Both the position numbers and the translations under genes were made by a program. Shown one piece after another: positions 19,767 to 28,571 of a stretch of DNA of 64,000 nucleotides; the first letter of the stretch is position 1; every line of letters starts with the position of its first letter. The stretch comes from an uncultured delta proteobacterium. GTDB lineage: Bacteria; Myxococcota_A; Polyangia; Polyangiales; Polyangiaceae. The notes beneath the pieces are model-generated. The model was not told the origin of the DNA. It saw only the letters and a program-made list of their open reading frames with translations, and searched no databases. The stretch lies in NCBI GenBank assembly GCA_963696385.1, contig CAVOKF010000003.1, positions 640,001-704,000 of the forward strand. Direction: 5' to 3'.

Positions 19767-21224
19767 TCACCCTGGCCCGAGCGATGCCTGGTTCGACGTG
19801 GCGTCGACCAGCGCGCGGCCGGCCTCTTGGCCCTGGCGAATGCAATCGGGAATCCCGACGCCGTCGTACCCACCGCCGGCCACCCGAAGCGATGGATCGA
19901 CGCGTGCCAGCCGCTCTCGAACCGTACGCATCGCGGCGAGATGTCCGACGCGCATCTGGGGGCTCGCGCGATCGAAACGGAAGACGCGCGACCACTCGGG
20001 CCGTGCGTTCAACCCCATGAGTTCGCATAGCTCGTCCCGTGCAAGCTGCTCCATGCCTTCGTCGTCGCGCGCGAGCTCGCCCTCGTCGCTCGCCCCTCCA
20101 AAGAATGTCCGAACGAGCGCGTGCCCATGCGGCGCGCGGTCGCGCCACTTGCTGGACACCCATGTGGCCGCGAGAACGGAGCGGCCGGCAGAGCGCGGGA
20201 CGACGAACCCCGCACCATCGAACGGGCGCGTCAGATCGGCGGCGCGATAGGCAGAAAACACGGTGGCGGTCGAGACGTAGCGCACGGTTGCGAGTGCACG
20301 CGCGGCTGGCTCATCGAGCGAAGTAAGAAGCGTAGAGGCCACGTCGGCCGGCACGGCGAGAAGCAAGCCGTCGGCCTCCATGCGATCCTCAGCGTCAAGT
20401 TCCAAAGTCCGACCACGCCCTCCGTATGCCACGGAGGTTACGGACAAGTTCGGCCGAAGCACCACGCCGTCGGCTCGCAAGCGATCCTGCAGCGCGACGA
20501 CCAGAGTCCCGACTCCGTGCTTCAGCGAGACAAACCCGCTCGCTGCGCTCGCTCCCGATGCCTGGCGCCGCCGCCGCACCGCGACCATGCCGCGCACGAG
20601 CGACCCGTATTCGCGCTCCATGGCGACCAGCTGGGGAAAGCCCGCGCGAATCGACAGCTCGCGAGCGTCGCCCGCGGAGATTCCCGCGAGCAGCGGAGCC
20701 ACCAACCGCTCTGCGGCTTCCCGACCAAGCCGACGCTCCGCGAAATCGGCGATCGATTCGTCATCGTCTCCTTCGAAGCGACGCGCCGGGATGAACCGCT
20801 CCAGAGCCATCCTGATTTTGCCACGCCAGGAGAAAAGCGGCGTTAAAGCGAGCGGCGTCCACTTCGTTGGCACACCGAGCACCATGCCCTCCGGTACGGC
20901 ATGCATCCGGTGCCCCCAGGCGACGTAGTATCGCCGCGCCGCATCCTCGGTGCCGACCAGCGAGCTGCCCAACCCGAGTGCGCGCGCGAGCTCCGTTGCC
21001 TGGGGTTTGGAGGCCACCCACGAGTCCGGTCCCGCGTCGAGGAGAAAGTCGTCCACTCGACGCGTGAGCAGATTGCCGCCGAACCGACCCGCGCGCTCGA
21101 TGACGGTCACCGACACCCGACGCCCGATTTCACGCGCACGCGCTGCCGCGGAATGCGCCGCGGCCAGACCCGTGATCCCGCCTCCGACAATCGCGATATG
21201 CGGAATGCGCGCCCCGTCATCCAT
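19767..21224 (-). CDS. hemY: HemY-type proto/coproporphyrinogen oxidase
   Basis: IVGGGITGL, GPDSW...KP, SSKW..RAP, GVGIPDCIRQG; overlaps the hemH stop. Confidence 0.93.
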   Translation of the reverse strand: MDDGARIPHIAIVGGGITGLAAAHSAAARAREIGRRVSVTVIERAGRFGGNLLTRRVDDFLLDAGPDSWVASKPQATELARALGLGSSLVGTEDAARRYYVAWGHRMHAVPEGMVLGVPTKWTPLALTPLFSWRGKIRMALERFIPARRFEGDDDESIADFAERRLGREAAERLVAPLLAGISAGDARELSIRAGFPQLVAMEREYGSLVRGMVAVRRRRQASGASAASGFVSLKHGVGTLVVALQDRLRADGVVLRPNLSVTSVAYGGRGRTLELDAEDRMEADGLLLAVPADVASTLLTSLDEPAARALATVRYVSTATVFSAYRAADLTRPFDGAGFVVPRSAGRSVLAATWVSSKWRDRAPHGHALVRTFFGGASDEGELARDDEGMEQLARDELCELMGLNARPEWSRVFRFDRASPQMRVGHLAAMRTVRERLARVDPSLRVAGGGYDGVGIPDCIRQGQEAGRALVDATSNQASLGPG

Positions 21225-22134
21225 GCGCGATGAGCGGCCGCGCGATGTCCTCGAGTACGTCGACGAAGTCGTCGCTGGCGTTCAGCGACGGAACTCGGTC
21301 GAATGTGAGCCCGAAGTCGGCGGCCAAGCGCCGGGCCTCGATGTCCAGGTCGTACAGAATCTCGACGTGATCGGCCAGAAACCCGACCGGCGCAACGATG
21401 GCGTGACGATCGTTGCGCCGGGCAATGTCGCCGAATGCTTCGCGCAGGTCCGGACCGATCCATTCGATTGACCGGCCATCGGACCCCGGCCCCGACAAGG
21501 CTTGACCCTGGAAGGCGAGCGCGACGCGTACGACGCGGGCGACGCGCGACTGCACCGCCGCCGTTATCGCACGGACGGCGGCGCCCACTTCGCGCTCATA
21601 CGGATCGCCACCCAAGATGACGAACTTCGGCAGACTGTGCGCCGTCATGACGATCGTCGTTTGTTCGGGCGCGGGCGACTGGGCGATCGCCGTGACAATG
21701 CGTGATGCGAAGGCCTCGCAAAGCTTGGCGTTTTGTCCCCAATTGGACGAACAAACGAGCTCGACTCCCACTTCGGCTGCGGGCGCGCGCGCGTCCGCTT
21801 CGTAGACCGCGGCCGAGTGCTGCGCGAGGGGTAGCAGTATGACCCGCCGCACTCCACTGGCGGCCAGCGCGATCAGCCGATCGCGCACGTAGGGCCTCCA
21901 CAGCCGGTTCGCCCATGCCACGCGAAGCCCCAAGCGAGCTTGCAGTTTTCGCCCAAGCTCTTCATTGATCGCGTTAAGCGGAGACGCCCCCCCGATTGCC
22001 TCATAGCGGCGGCGAAGCTCCGCAATGAGGCCCGGGGGGGCCGGACGGCCGCGCCGTACGTTGGTCACGAACGAGTCCAAGTCGTCGAGGTTCTCGACAG
22101 TACCGTGAGCTACGAGCAGCAGGGCCGAGCTCAT
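21217..22134 (-). CDS. hemH: Ferrochelatase
   Basis: RYEAIGGASPL, TAHSLP, WIGPD, GFLADHVEILYDLD; ATGA overlap with the hemE stop. Confidence 0.93.
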   Translation of the reverse strand: MSSALLLVAHGTVENLDDLDSFVTNVRRGRPAPPGLIAELRRRYEAIGGASPLNAINEELGRKLQARLGLRVAWANRLWRPYVRDRLIALAASGVRRVILLPLAQHSAAVYEADARAPAAEVGVELVCSSNWGQNAKLCEAFASRIVTAIAQSPAPEQTTIVMTAHSLPKFVILGGDPYEREVGAAVRAITAAVQSRVARVVRVALAFQGQALSGPGSDGRSIEWIGPDLREAFGDIARRNDRHAIVAPVGFLADHVEILYDLDIEARRLAADFGLTFDRVPSLNASDDFVDVLEDIARPLIAHG

Positions 22135-23150
22135 CGTGCAGTCGCCATCGCAACGTGATCGACCACCGCGCGCACGTGATCGACCGGCGTCTCGGGCAAG
22201 ATCCCGTGGCCGAGATTGAAGATATGACCCACGCGTCCAGCCGCAGCGTCGATCGCACGCTGAGCGTGCTTCACCGCGACCTCGCGAGTGGCCAAAAGCG
22301 CACATGGGTCCATGTTGCCCTGGATGGCAAGCCGGACGCCGACGCGCCTCCACGCCTCGGCAAGCGGGGTGCACGAATCGACTCCTATGACGGTACCGCC
22401 GGCATCGCTCATCAGCTCCAAGAGCATCGACGTCCCGGTCCCGAAATGGATGACCGGAACGCCCGTCGTCTCGATATCGGCGAGCACGCGGCGAACGTGG
22501 GGTCGTACGTACTCGGCGTAGTCGTCGGGCGCCAGGTGACCGACCCACGAATCGAACAGCTGGACTGCATCGACCCCGGCCGCGATTTGCGAACGCAAGT
22601 AGCGGCGGATGACCTCGGCCAGTTTCTCCATCAGCTGATGCCAGGCGTCGGAAGCACCGAACATCAGCTTCTTGGTCTTTGCGAAGCTCGCGCTCTTTCC
22701 GCCTTCAACCAAATAGCTCGCCATCGTAAAGGGCCCGCCGGCAAAGCCAATGAGCGGTACGTCGAGCTCCGGCTTCAGAAGTCGGATCGCCGAGAGGACG
22801 TACGCAAGCGACTCCTCCGGATCGATCAGACGCAAGCGCGCGATCTGAGCGCGGTCCGCGATGGGTTCGTGGATCACCGGGCCCTCGCCCTTGGCGAACT
22901 CGAACGACGCGCCCATGGGCTCGAGAGGCAGCAGAATGTCCGCGAAGAGAATGGCGGCGTCGACGCCGAGACGCAGCGGCTGCATCGTCACCTCGACCGC
23001 AAGTTCGGGCGTTTTGCAAATGTCGAGGAGCGAATGGGTCTCGCGCATTCGTCGGTACTCGGGCATATAGCGCCCGGCTTGGCGCATGAACCAAACGGGG
23101 GTGCGGTCGACGGGTTGTCTGCGGCATGCGCGCAAAAAGCGATCGTTCAC
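22131..23150 (-). CDS. hemE: Uroporphyrinogen decarboxylase
   Basis: PVWFMRQAGRYMPEY, AILFADIL, QLFDSW, FNLGHG. Confidence 0.97.
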   Translation of the reverse strand: MNDRFLRACRRQPVDRTPVWFMRQAGRYMPEYRRMRETHSLLDICKTPELAVEVTMQPLRLGVDAAILFADILLPLEPMGASFEFAKGEGPVIHEPIADRAQIARLRLIDPEESLAYVLSAIRLLKPELDVPLIGFAGGPFTMASYLVEGGKSASFAKTKKLMFGASDAWHQLMEKLAEVIRRYLRSQIAAGVDAVQLFDSWVGHLAPDDYAEYVRPHVRRVLADIETTGVPVIHFGTGTSMLLELMSDAGGTVIGVDSCTPLAEAWRRVGVRLAIQGNMDPCALLATREVAVKHAQRAIDAAAGRVGHIFNLGHGILPETPVDHVRAVVDHVAMATAR

Positions 23151-23233
23151 CGCCCGACCGTAGCAGCGGACCGCGGACGTTGCCCAGGCGGATGACGACC
23201 CGCGGTCGCACGTCCACGCTCATCGGCTTTCGT

Positions 23234-25282
23234 TCAAGTCTTCTGATTGTAATTCGTGTTCTCGAGAAGGATCACATTCGTCTTCGAGCGGGTCTCACCC
23301 ACGCTCGTCACGTAGACCGCTGGCTCGTCTTGCACCGGACAGACTTTCTCACACGCTCCGCAGCCAACACAAAGGCTCGGGTCCACGTGCGGACGTTGCA
23401 GATGCACCGTCTTGTACGGCGGGGGCGTCCCATCCCGGCCCGGCTTGCTGTCGCGAAGTGGCGCGTCAACTTCCTCGACCCAGATCGCTTTGGGAGATGT
23501 TGGGCAGAACTCTTCGCACACGATGCACGGTGTTTGCATCGCCCACGGCAAACAACGTCCTTGATCGTAGAAGGCTGTCCCCATTTTGATGGGCGGTTGG
23601 CCCTGCCCCATCTTCTCCTTTTCTGTGATCTTCTGGATGGCCCCGGTTGGGCAGACTTGACCGCAGAGCACGCATGAGAACTCGCAATAGCCGATTCTCG
23701 CGATCAAGATCGGCGTCCACAGCCCCTCGATTCCAGACTCGAAGAACGCAGGGTGCAACGCGTTATTCGGGCAGACCTTCATGCACTCGGCGCATCGTAT
23801 GCAGCGTTCGAGGAAGGCGCGTTCCTCGACCGCGCCGGGCGGACGGATCATTTTCGAGTGATAGTTCACATCGAGAGTATCGGCCGCACGCGCCGCGGGA
23901 AGGAACATCGCGCCGGCACCCACCGTGGCGAGGGCCGTGCGGCGCTGAACATCGGGCGCCGTAATCGTGCTTCGGCGGTTCGGCAAAAACGCGAATTTGA
24001 TGACATCTTCCGGACACGCATTCTCGCAGTTCATGCACATATGGCACTCGTCCTGACGCCATTTGACGCCGCCCTGCGGTGAGTCGGCGCCTTGGCAGTG
24101 AACGAGGCACAAATTGCAATCGGTGCATTTCGCGTGGTCCTTGGTCATCCCGAACAGCGCAAACCTCGAGAATACTCCGAGGAAAGCGCCGAGTGGGCAG
24201 AGCACGCGACACCAGAAGCGCGGAATGAATCGGTTTGCAAAGAGCACAGCAACGAAAAGGAAGACGATGAACCAGGTCTGATGAAAATAGAACTGCTTGG
24301 ACTGCCAGACCGTTTGCGCGAGCCAGTCCTGGGCGTGATCGGCCGCGGCCTGGACGGGGCGCGAGTGCAAGTCCTGCGCGGCACCCAGCGCCCGATGCGA
24401 CATGTATTGCAGGCCAGGGATGACGCCGAGGCCGATCGACCGGACCGCGATGCAAATGGGATCGAACAGGCCCCCGATCGCGCTTCCCGCGACCCCCAAG
24501 ACCAAGAACCCGTACAGCAGGTAGTACTTGACGCGCTGGTAAGCGCGGGTCCTGTTCGCCTCGACGCGAGACGCGCCACGGCCAGCCCTGCTCGGCAAGA
24601 GCCACGCGAAAAAATGGTGCAGTGTCCCGAACGGGCAAATCCAACCGCAGAAGACGCGTCCCACGACCATCGTCAATGCCAGCAACGCCACGCTCCAGAG
24701 CAGGCCACGGTAGACGGCGTGCGTCGAAAGAAGGGTCATCGCGGCGACGAAGGGATCGGCCAAAAGGAACCCCTCGACCGGCAGCGGAAGACGAACCGGC
24801 GCGTCCGCTCGGGCAGCGAAACTCCCACGAAATGTCGTCTGGAACAGGAAGTAGGCGAACAGCGCAAAAAAGAGAACCTGGGAAATCCGGCGCGCCCACT
24901 TCAGGACCACGGCGATCCGACGTGGCGGAATCCCGCTGCCAGGGCGCCTCGTTCCCTTCGCCGGGGGCCGAGCCGCCGAACCGGGCGAAGGCGAAGTCGA
25001 GGGCGCCGCGGCATTCGCTTTCGGCGCAGCCGCCGAAAGCGCGTTCGCTGGCGTTCCAACGGCCGTATCGAATGCCCCGGGCCCGCCTGCTCCTGGCCCT
25101 GGCGTCGCGCTCATGGCACGCCCGATCGGCGTCGCGGTCTGCCGATCGATCCCGCTCACGATCCCGACACGTCCGGTTTTCCACGGAATCGGTTCGACGT
25201 GCGGATGTACGTCCGGAGAGCCCTGCAAGACGGCCGTGTCGAGGCACACTCCAGCGTGATCCGGGGCTCGCGGCTGCGCCAT
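23234..25282 (-). CDS. Membrane polyferredoxin: NapH/MauN-like domain fused to NapG/MauM-like domain
   Basis: CGWICP and CRVLCP motifs, TM helices, about six CxxCxxCxxxC(P)-type clusters, IRPPGA. Start uncertain (25282 or 25114). Confidence 0.85.
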   Translation of the reverse strand: MAQPRAPDHAGVCLDTAVLQGSPDVHPHVEPIPWKTGRVGIVSGIDRQTATPIGRAMSATPGPGAGGPGAFDTAVGTPANALSAAAPKANAAAPSTSPSPGSAARPPAKGTRRPGSGIPPRRIAVVLKWARRISQVLFFALFAYFLFQTTFRGSFAARADAPVRLPLPVEGFLLADPFVAAMTLLSTHAVYRGLLWSVALLALTMVVGRVFCGWICPFGTLHHFFAWLLPSRAGRGASRVEANRTRAYQRVKYYLLYGFLVLGVAGSAIGGLFDPICIAVRSIGLGVIPGLQYMSHRALGAAQDLHSRPVQAAADHAQDWLAQTVWQSKQFYFHQTWFIVFLFVAVLFANRFIPRFWCRVLCPLGAFLGVFSRFALFGMTKDHAKCTDCNLCLVHCQGADSPQGGVKWRQDECHMCMNCENACPEDVIKFAFLPNRRSTITAPDVQRRTALATVGAGAMFLPAARAADTLDVNYHSKMIRPPGAVEERAFLERCIRCAECMKVCPNNALHPAFFESGIEGLWTPILIARIGYCEFSCVLCGQVCPTGAIQKITEKEKMGQGQPPIKMGTAFYDQGRCLPWAMQTPCIVCEEFCPTSPKAIWVEEVDAPLRDSKPGRDGTPPPYKTVHLQRPHVDPSLCVGCGACEKVCPVQDEPAVYVTSVGETRSKTNVILLENTNYNQKT

Positions 25283-25285
25283 GCG

Positions 25286-26338
25286 TCAGACCTCCCGCAC
25301 CCGCAGGCTCTCCCAATCGGTCGTCCCAAGCCCCCGCCGTTCGCCCATGGCCAGATAGGGCAGATTTTCGCGCTTTTGACCGATGAGCGTGCACCCGTAC
25401 GCATCCGCCGCAACTTGATCGACCGTTGCGATGACCGTGTGGACGTCCTTTGCGTCGTCGATGTTCCCGCCCTGCGGGCCGTTTCGCATGAGCACTCGCC
25501 ACGCGTCCACGACCACCAGCGTCGGGCGCATGAACGTCGCGAGGTCCGCAATGGACGCGTCGATGCTCTGGTGCAAGCGGTTTCGCCGTCCGCCGAGCAC
25601 CCCGTACCAATTTTTCATCGCCGCCGTGAACTTGGCGAGATTGTGGTGCTTGGCGACCGGAACGTTGATCACCTTGTCCGCATCGACCAGCGTCGTGAAG
25701 ATCGGCCACTCGTCGAGAACATCACCCTTGAGGCGCATCGTTCGGAAATGATGCTCCTGGGGCAGGACCACCTCCGCGCCCAACTCGTACGCGGCCCGCC
25801 AAATGCCCGAACGCTGAAAGCAGCGATTCGGGTCGTTGCACGATCCGTCGGCGACGACGACCTTCTTCGCGCCCGCTTCGAAGGCCATGAGGATGACTGC
25901 CGCGACCACTTCGGGGTTCGTGTTGGCGGCATGGATCGGCATGCGGTCCCAACCGATATTGGGTTTGACGACGACGACATCTCCCCTCGAGACGAACTTG
26001 CGCATGCCCCCCATCGCATCGACCGCCCTCCGGACCAGCTGCGCGGGAGTGGCGCTCGGGCCGGGCGAGTCATCGCCCCGATCCTTCGGAGCCGCACGTG
26101 CGATCGCCAACTGCGCGTGCTCCGAGTCCCGATCGACCATGCGATAATCGCGCACCTGGCGGGCTGAACTGGACCGGGCCACGTCGAACCCACCGCGGTC
26201 CCACACGCTGCGCGAACCGGCGGCCGCTGCCGTCAGCACGCCCATCGTCGTACCCGCACGCACGAGGACCTCGCGGCGCGTCGGCCGGGCGACGTCCTCC
26301 GGGGTGCCCGGCGCGGGAAGCTGGCTAGGGCGTTTCAC
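25286..26338 (-). CDS. DUF362 domain protein with twin-arginine-like signal
   Basis: TRREVL plus hydrophobic stretch, VVVKPNIGWDR, INVPVAKHH, MKNWYG, DQVAAD. GTG start placed 6 nt after TATAAA. Confidence 0.85.
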   Translation of the reverse strand: MKRPSQLPAPGTPEDVARPTRREVLVRAGTTMGVLTAAAAGSRSVWDRGGFDVARSSSARQVRDYRMVDRDSEHAQLAIARAAPKDRGDDSPGPSATPAQLVRRAVDAMGGMRKFVSRGDVVVVKPNIGWDRMPIHAANTNPEVVAAVILMAFEAGAKKVVVADGSCNDPNRCFQRSGIWRAAYELGAEVVLPQEHHFRTMRLKGDVLDEWPIFTTLVDADKVINVPVAKHHNLAKFTAAMKNWYGVLGGRRNRLHQSIDASIADLATFMRPTLVVVDAWRVLMRNGPQGGNIDDAKDVHTVIATVDQVAADAYGCTLIGQKRENLPYLAMGERRGLGTTDWESLRVREV

Positions 26339-26495
26339 GTTCGATTTATATCTCGCGGCGATGGGGATCGGCAACTTGCCACCTCATTCAGCGACGCCCC
26401 CCCAGCGGGTCAGCCCGCTGGTCCGTCTCAAGCCTCGCGGCCTTCGGCCGTTCCGATCTCGATGAAGGAGCCGATTCGCGGACGAATCGCACCCC

Positions 26496-26753
26496 ATGCT
26501 CGACGTCGAAACCTGCGCGGACTGCGGCATTCATTCCCCAGAGGCGAGCCCGGAGCGGACGCTCACAAGTTCCGCCGGATGGCGCTTGATGCGCGAGCGG
26601 CGCGTCGACGGCACGTGGAATGCCGTGTGGCGGTGCGCGCACTGTTGGAAAGCGCACAAAGTGCGAGCTGCGGTCGACGCGGGTACCACCACTGGAATCC
26701 GCGCCATCGTGAAATCGCCGGGGCTGCCACCACGGCTCCGCCGCCAGGGCTGA
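26496..26753 (+). CDS. Small putative zinc-finger protein
   Basis: CADC...GWRL...WRCAHCW: two CxxC pairs in 85 aa. Confidence 0.6.
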   Translation: MLDVETCADCGIHSPEASPERTLTSSAGWRLMRERRVDGTWNAVWRCAHCWKAHKVRAAVDAGTTTGIRAIVKSPGLPPRLRRQG

Positions 26754-26877
26754 CCTCGCGCGTCTCGCAAGCCGTGTGACGACCGGGGAACGGATCGCCT
26801 CACCGAGCGCACCCGCTGAGATCCACGGCGAGCACCCGCTGCCCGGGAGCCCGCCGACCGTCAACGCATCGACGTAT

Positions 26878-28527
26878 TCATTTCGGCGGTCGCCCGTGCC
26901 CCGGGCCCAGGATTTCGTTCATCTTCGCCACTGGGTCGAACTGCTCGACGTGCGGCGGGTGATGGCAGCCAACGCAACCGGACGGGGATGGGCTGGCGAT
27001 GATTCGCGACCGATCGCTCGGATCCAGCGCGTGTCTCGATCCGGGTCCGTGGCACACCTCGCACTGGACATCCCGCAGCTTTTCGACGTGCGTCACCGTG
27101 CTTCCGCCGGGCCGCTCGTAGCCCGTCACGTGGCATGAAACGCAATCCAGATTGAATTCTTTGAACTGAGACGAGATCGCTGCGTATGCGTGCGAATGCC
27201 GCGTTCCAAGCCAAACTTGCCGGGGACCCGGGTGACACGCCGCGCAGGCGTCGATTCCAATGTATGTCGCCTGGTCGGAGGTTGCCGGAAGAGGAAGGCG
27301 ACCATCGAATTCGACGCGATTGTGCTCGTCGACGGCCTTGTAGTATCCGAGCATTTCAGCGTCGATCGTCGGATCCTTTCCGAGCGAATCGCGAATTTCT
27401 TTGACGGAATACCGAAAAAAATTCCCCTCCGACGGCGGAGGTTTGATGTCTAGAGCCGCGCGCTCCTGTTCGAGCCGCGCCAAGTCCTGGCGACGACCTT
27501 CAAGATCCCGCGTACTGACGATCCGGTCGCGTTCCCAGGCGGCAATCTTTACGTGAAGCTCGTCGATTCTCCGTGAAAGCTCTTCCCTCCGTGTCGCGAG
27601 CTCCAATCCCGTCGCGTCGCCGAACTTGAGCAATTGGCCTGTCGAGACTGGCTCGCGTACGTACAGATCGAGTACCGCTACGCTCTGCAGGTGGTTCGCG
27701 GACTGTGCGATCAGCACGTCACCGACGCGCTCGCCTTCGGGCGCGACCGTGTTCGAGTCCCCGTCGGATTTCACCGAACCGACGACCACTGCCGTCAGTT
27801 CGGGAACCGCATCCGCGATCCTCTTTGCCTCCCCTCGTCCCACTGCGGCCAACGCGATCAGGATGTTGGCGCCCTCCGCTTTGGCTCGCTCGACGCCCTG
27901 CCGGATGTCGGCTTCAGGGTCTTGACGCGCCTCGCGGCTCGCCGCCTGACCGTAGCCGACGAAGCCCACTTTGAGCCTCCCTTCAGCCACCACCCGAACG
28001 GCCCCCGATCCGAACGACGCGTCTCCCGCATCCGTGCGAGTGTCGACCAGGGGTACCGATCCGGCTTCGTCCGCCAGCGCTTTCAACCCGTCCGCCCCCT
28101 CGACCCAATCGTTTACCCCCGGAGCGAAGGCCGCGAAATCGAGCCCGCGCAGAATACGGGCCATGGCATGGGCCTTCGCTCGATCTTGATCGGACTTGTC
28201 CGCCTCGAGCTTTGCGTCCATGAAAAATAGGGGCCCTGCCGACACGACCCACTGCGCCGCCACCTCCCGCCGCGCGCGCTTGACCCACGCACCAAAGTGA
28301 TTGAGACCGCCCAGCTGATCGCGGGTGCATCCGCATGGTTCGATGGCTCCGGCCAGGTCCGAAACGAAGTAGAGTCGGAGAGTCGGGGCAAGCTCTTCTG
28401 TCCCGCCCAAAGGCGAACGAACGTTCGACGGAGGCGACGAATGACAGCCTTCGCAAGCGGCGAGGCCCACGGCCAAGGCGAGTATAACGAGCGCAAGGTG
28501 AGAAATAACGCGGAGAGGCTGCGTCAT
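26878..28527 (-). CDS. Lipoprotein: UshA/5'-nucleotidase-like domain plus tetraheme cytochrome c (c554-like) domain
   Basis: Lipobox LAAC; SDLAGAIEPCGC...GG; C-terminal CAACH, CVSCH, CEVCH, CVGCH. Confidence 0.85.
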   Translation of the reverse strand: MTQPLRVISHLALVILALAVGLAACEGCHSSPPSNVRSPLGGTEELAPTLRLYFVSDLAGAIEPCGCTRDQLGGLNHFGAWVKRARREVAAQWVVSAGPLFFMDAKLEADKSDQDRAKAHAMARILRGLDFAAFAPGVNDWVEGADGLKALADEAGSVPLVDTRTDAGDASFGSGAVRVVAEGRLKVGFVGYGQAASREARQDPEADIRQGVERAKAEGANILIALAAVGRGEAKRIADAVPELTAVVVGSVKSDGDSNTVAPEGERVGDVLIAQSANHLQSVAVLDLYVREPVSTGQLLKFGDATGLELATRREELSRRIDELHVKIAAWERDRIVSTRDLEGRRQDLARLEQERAALDIKPPPSEGNFFRYSVKEIRDSLGKDPTIDAEMLGYYKAVDEHNRVEFDGRLPLPATSDQATYIGIDACAACHPGPRQVWLGTRHSHAYAAISSQFKEFNLDCVSCHVTGYERPGGSTVTHVEKLRDVQCEVCHGPGSRHALDPSDRSRIIASPSPSGCVGCHHPPHVEQFDPVAKMNEILGPGHGRPPK

Positions 28528-28571
28528 TTGGTGATCCGGGCGGCCTCCGCATAGATACACTCGTCGTCCGC

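Noticed and set aside
23763..26167. Long alternative and antisense ORFs (648 aa, 691 aa), and many similar ones across the window
   Set aside because: Expected stop-poor shadow frames in high-GC DNA; they overlap well-supported genes and have no motifs.
28327..28335. Selenocysteine recoding in the UshA-like domain
   Set aside because: Both codons are TGC; there is no in-frame TGA.
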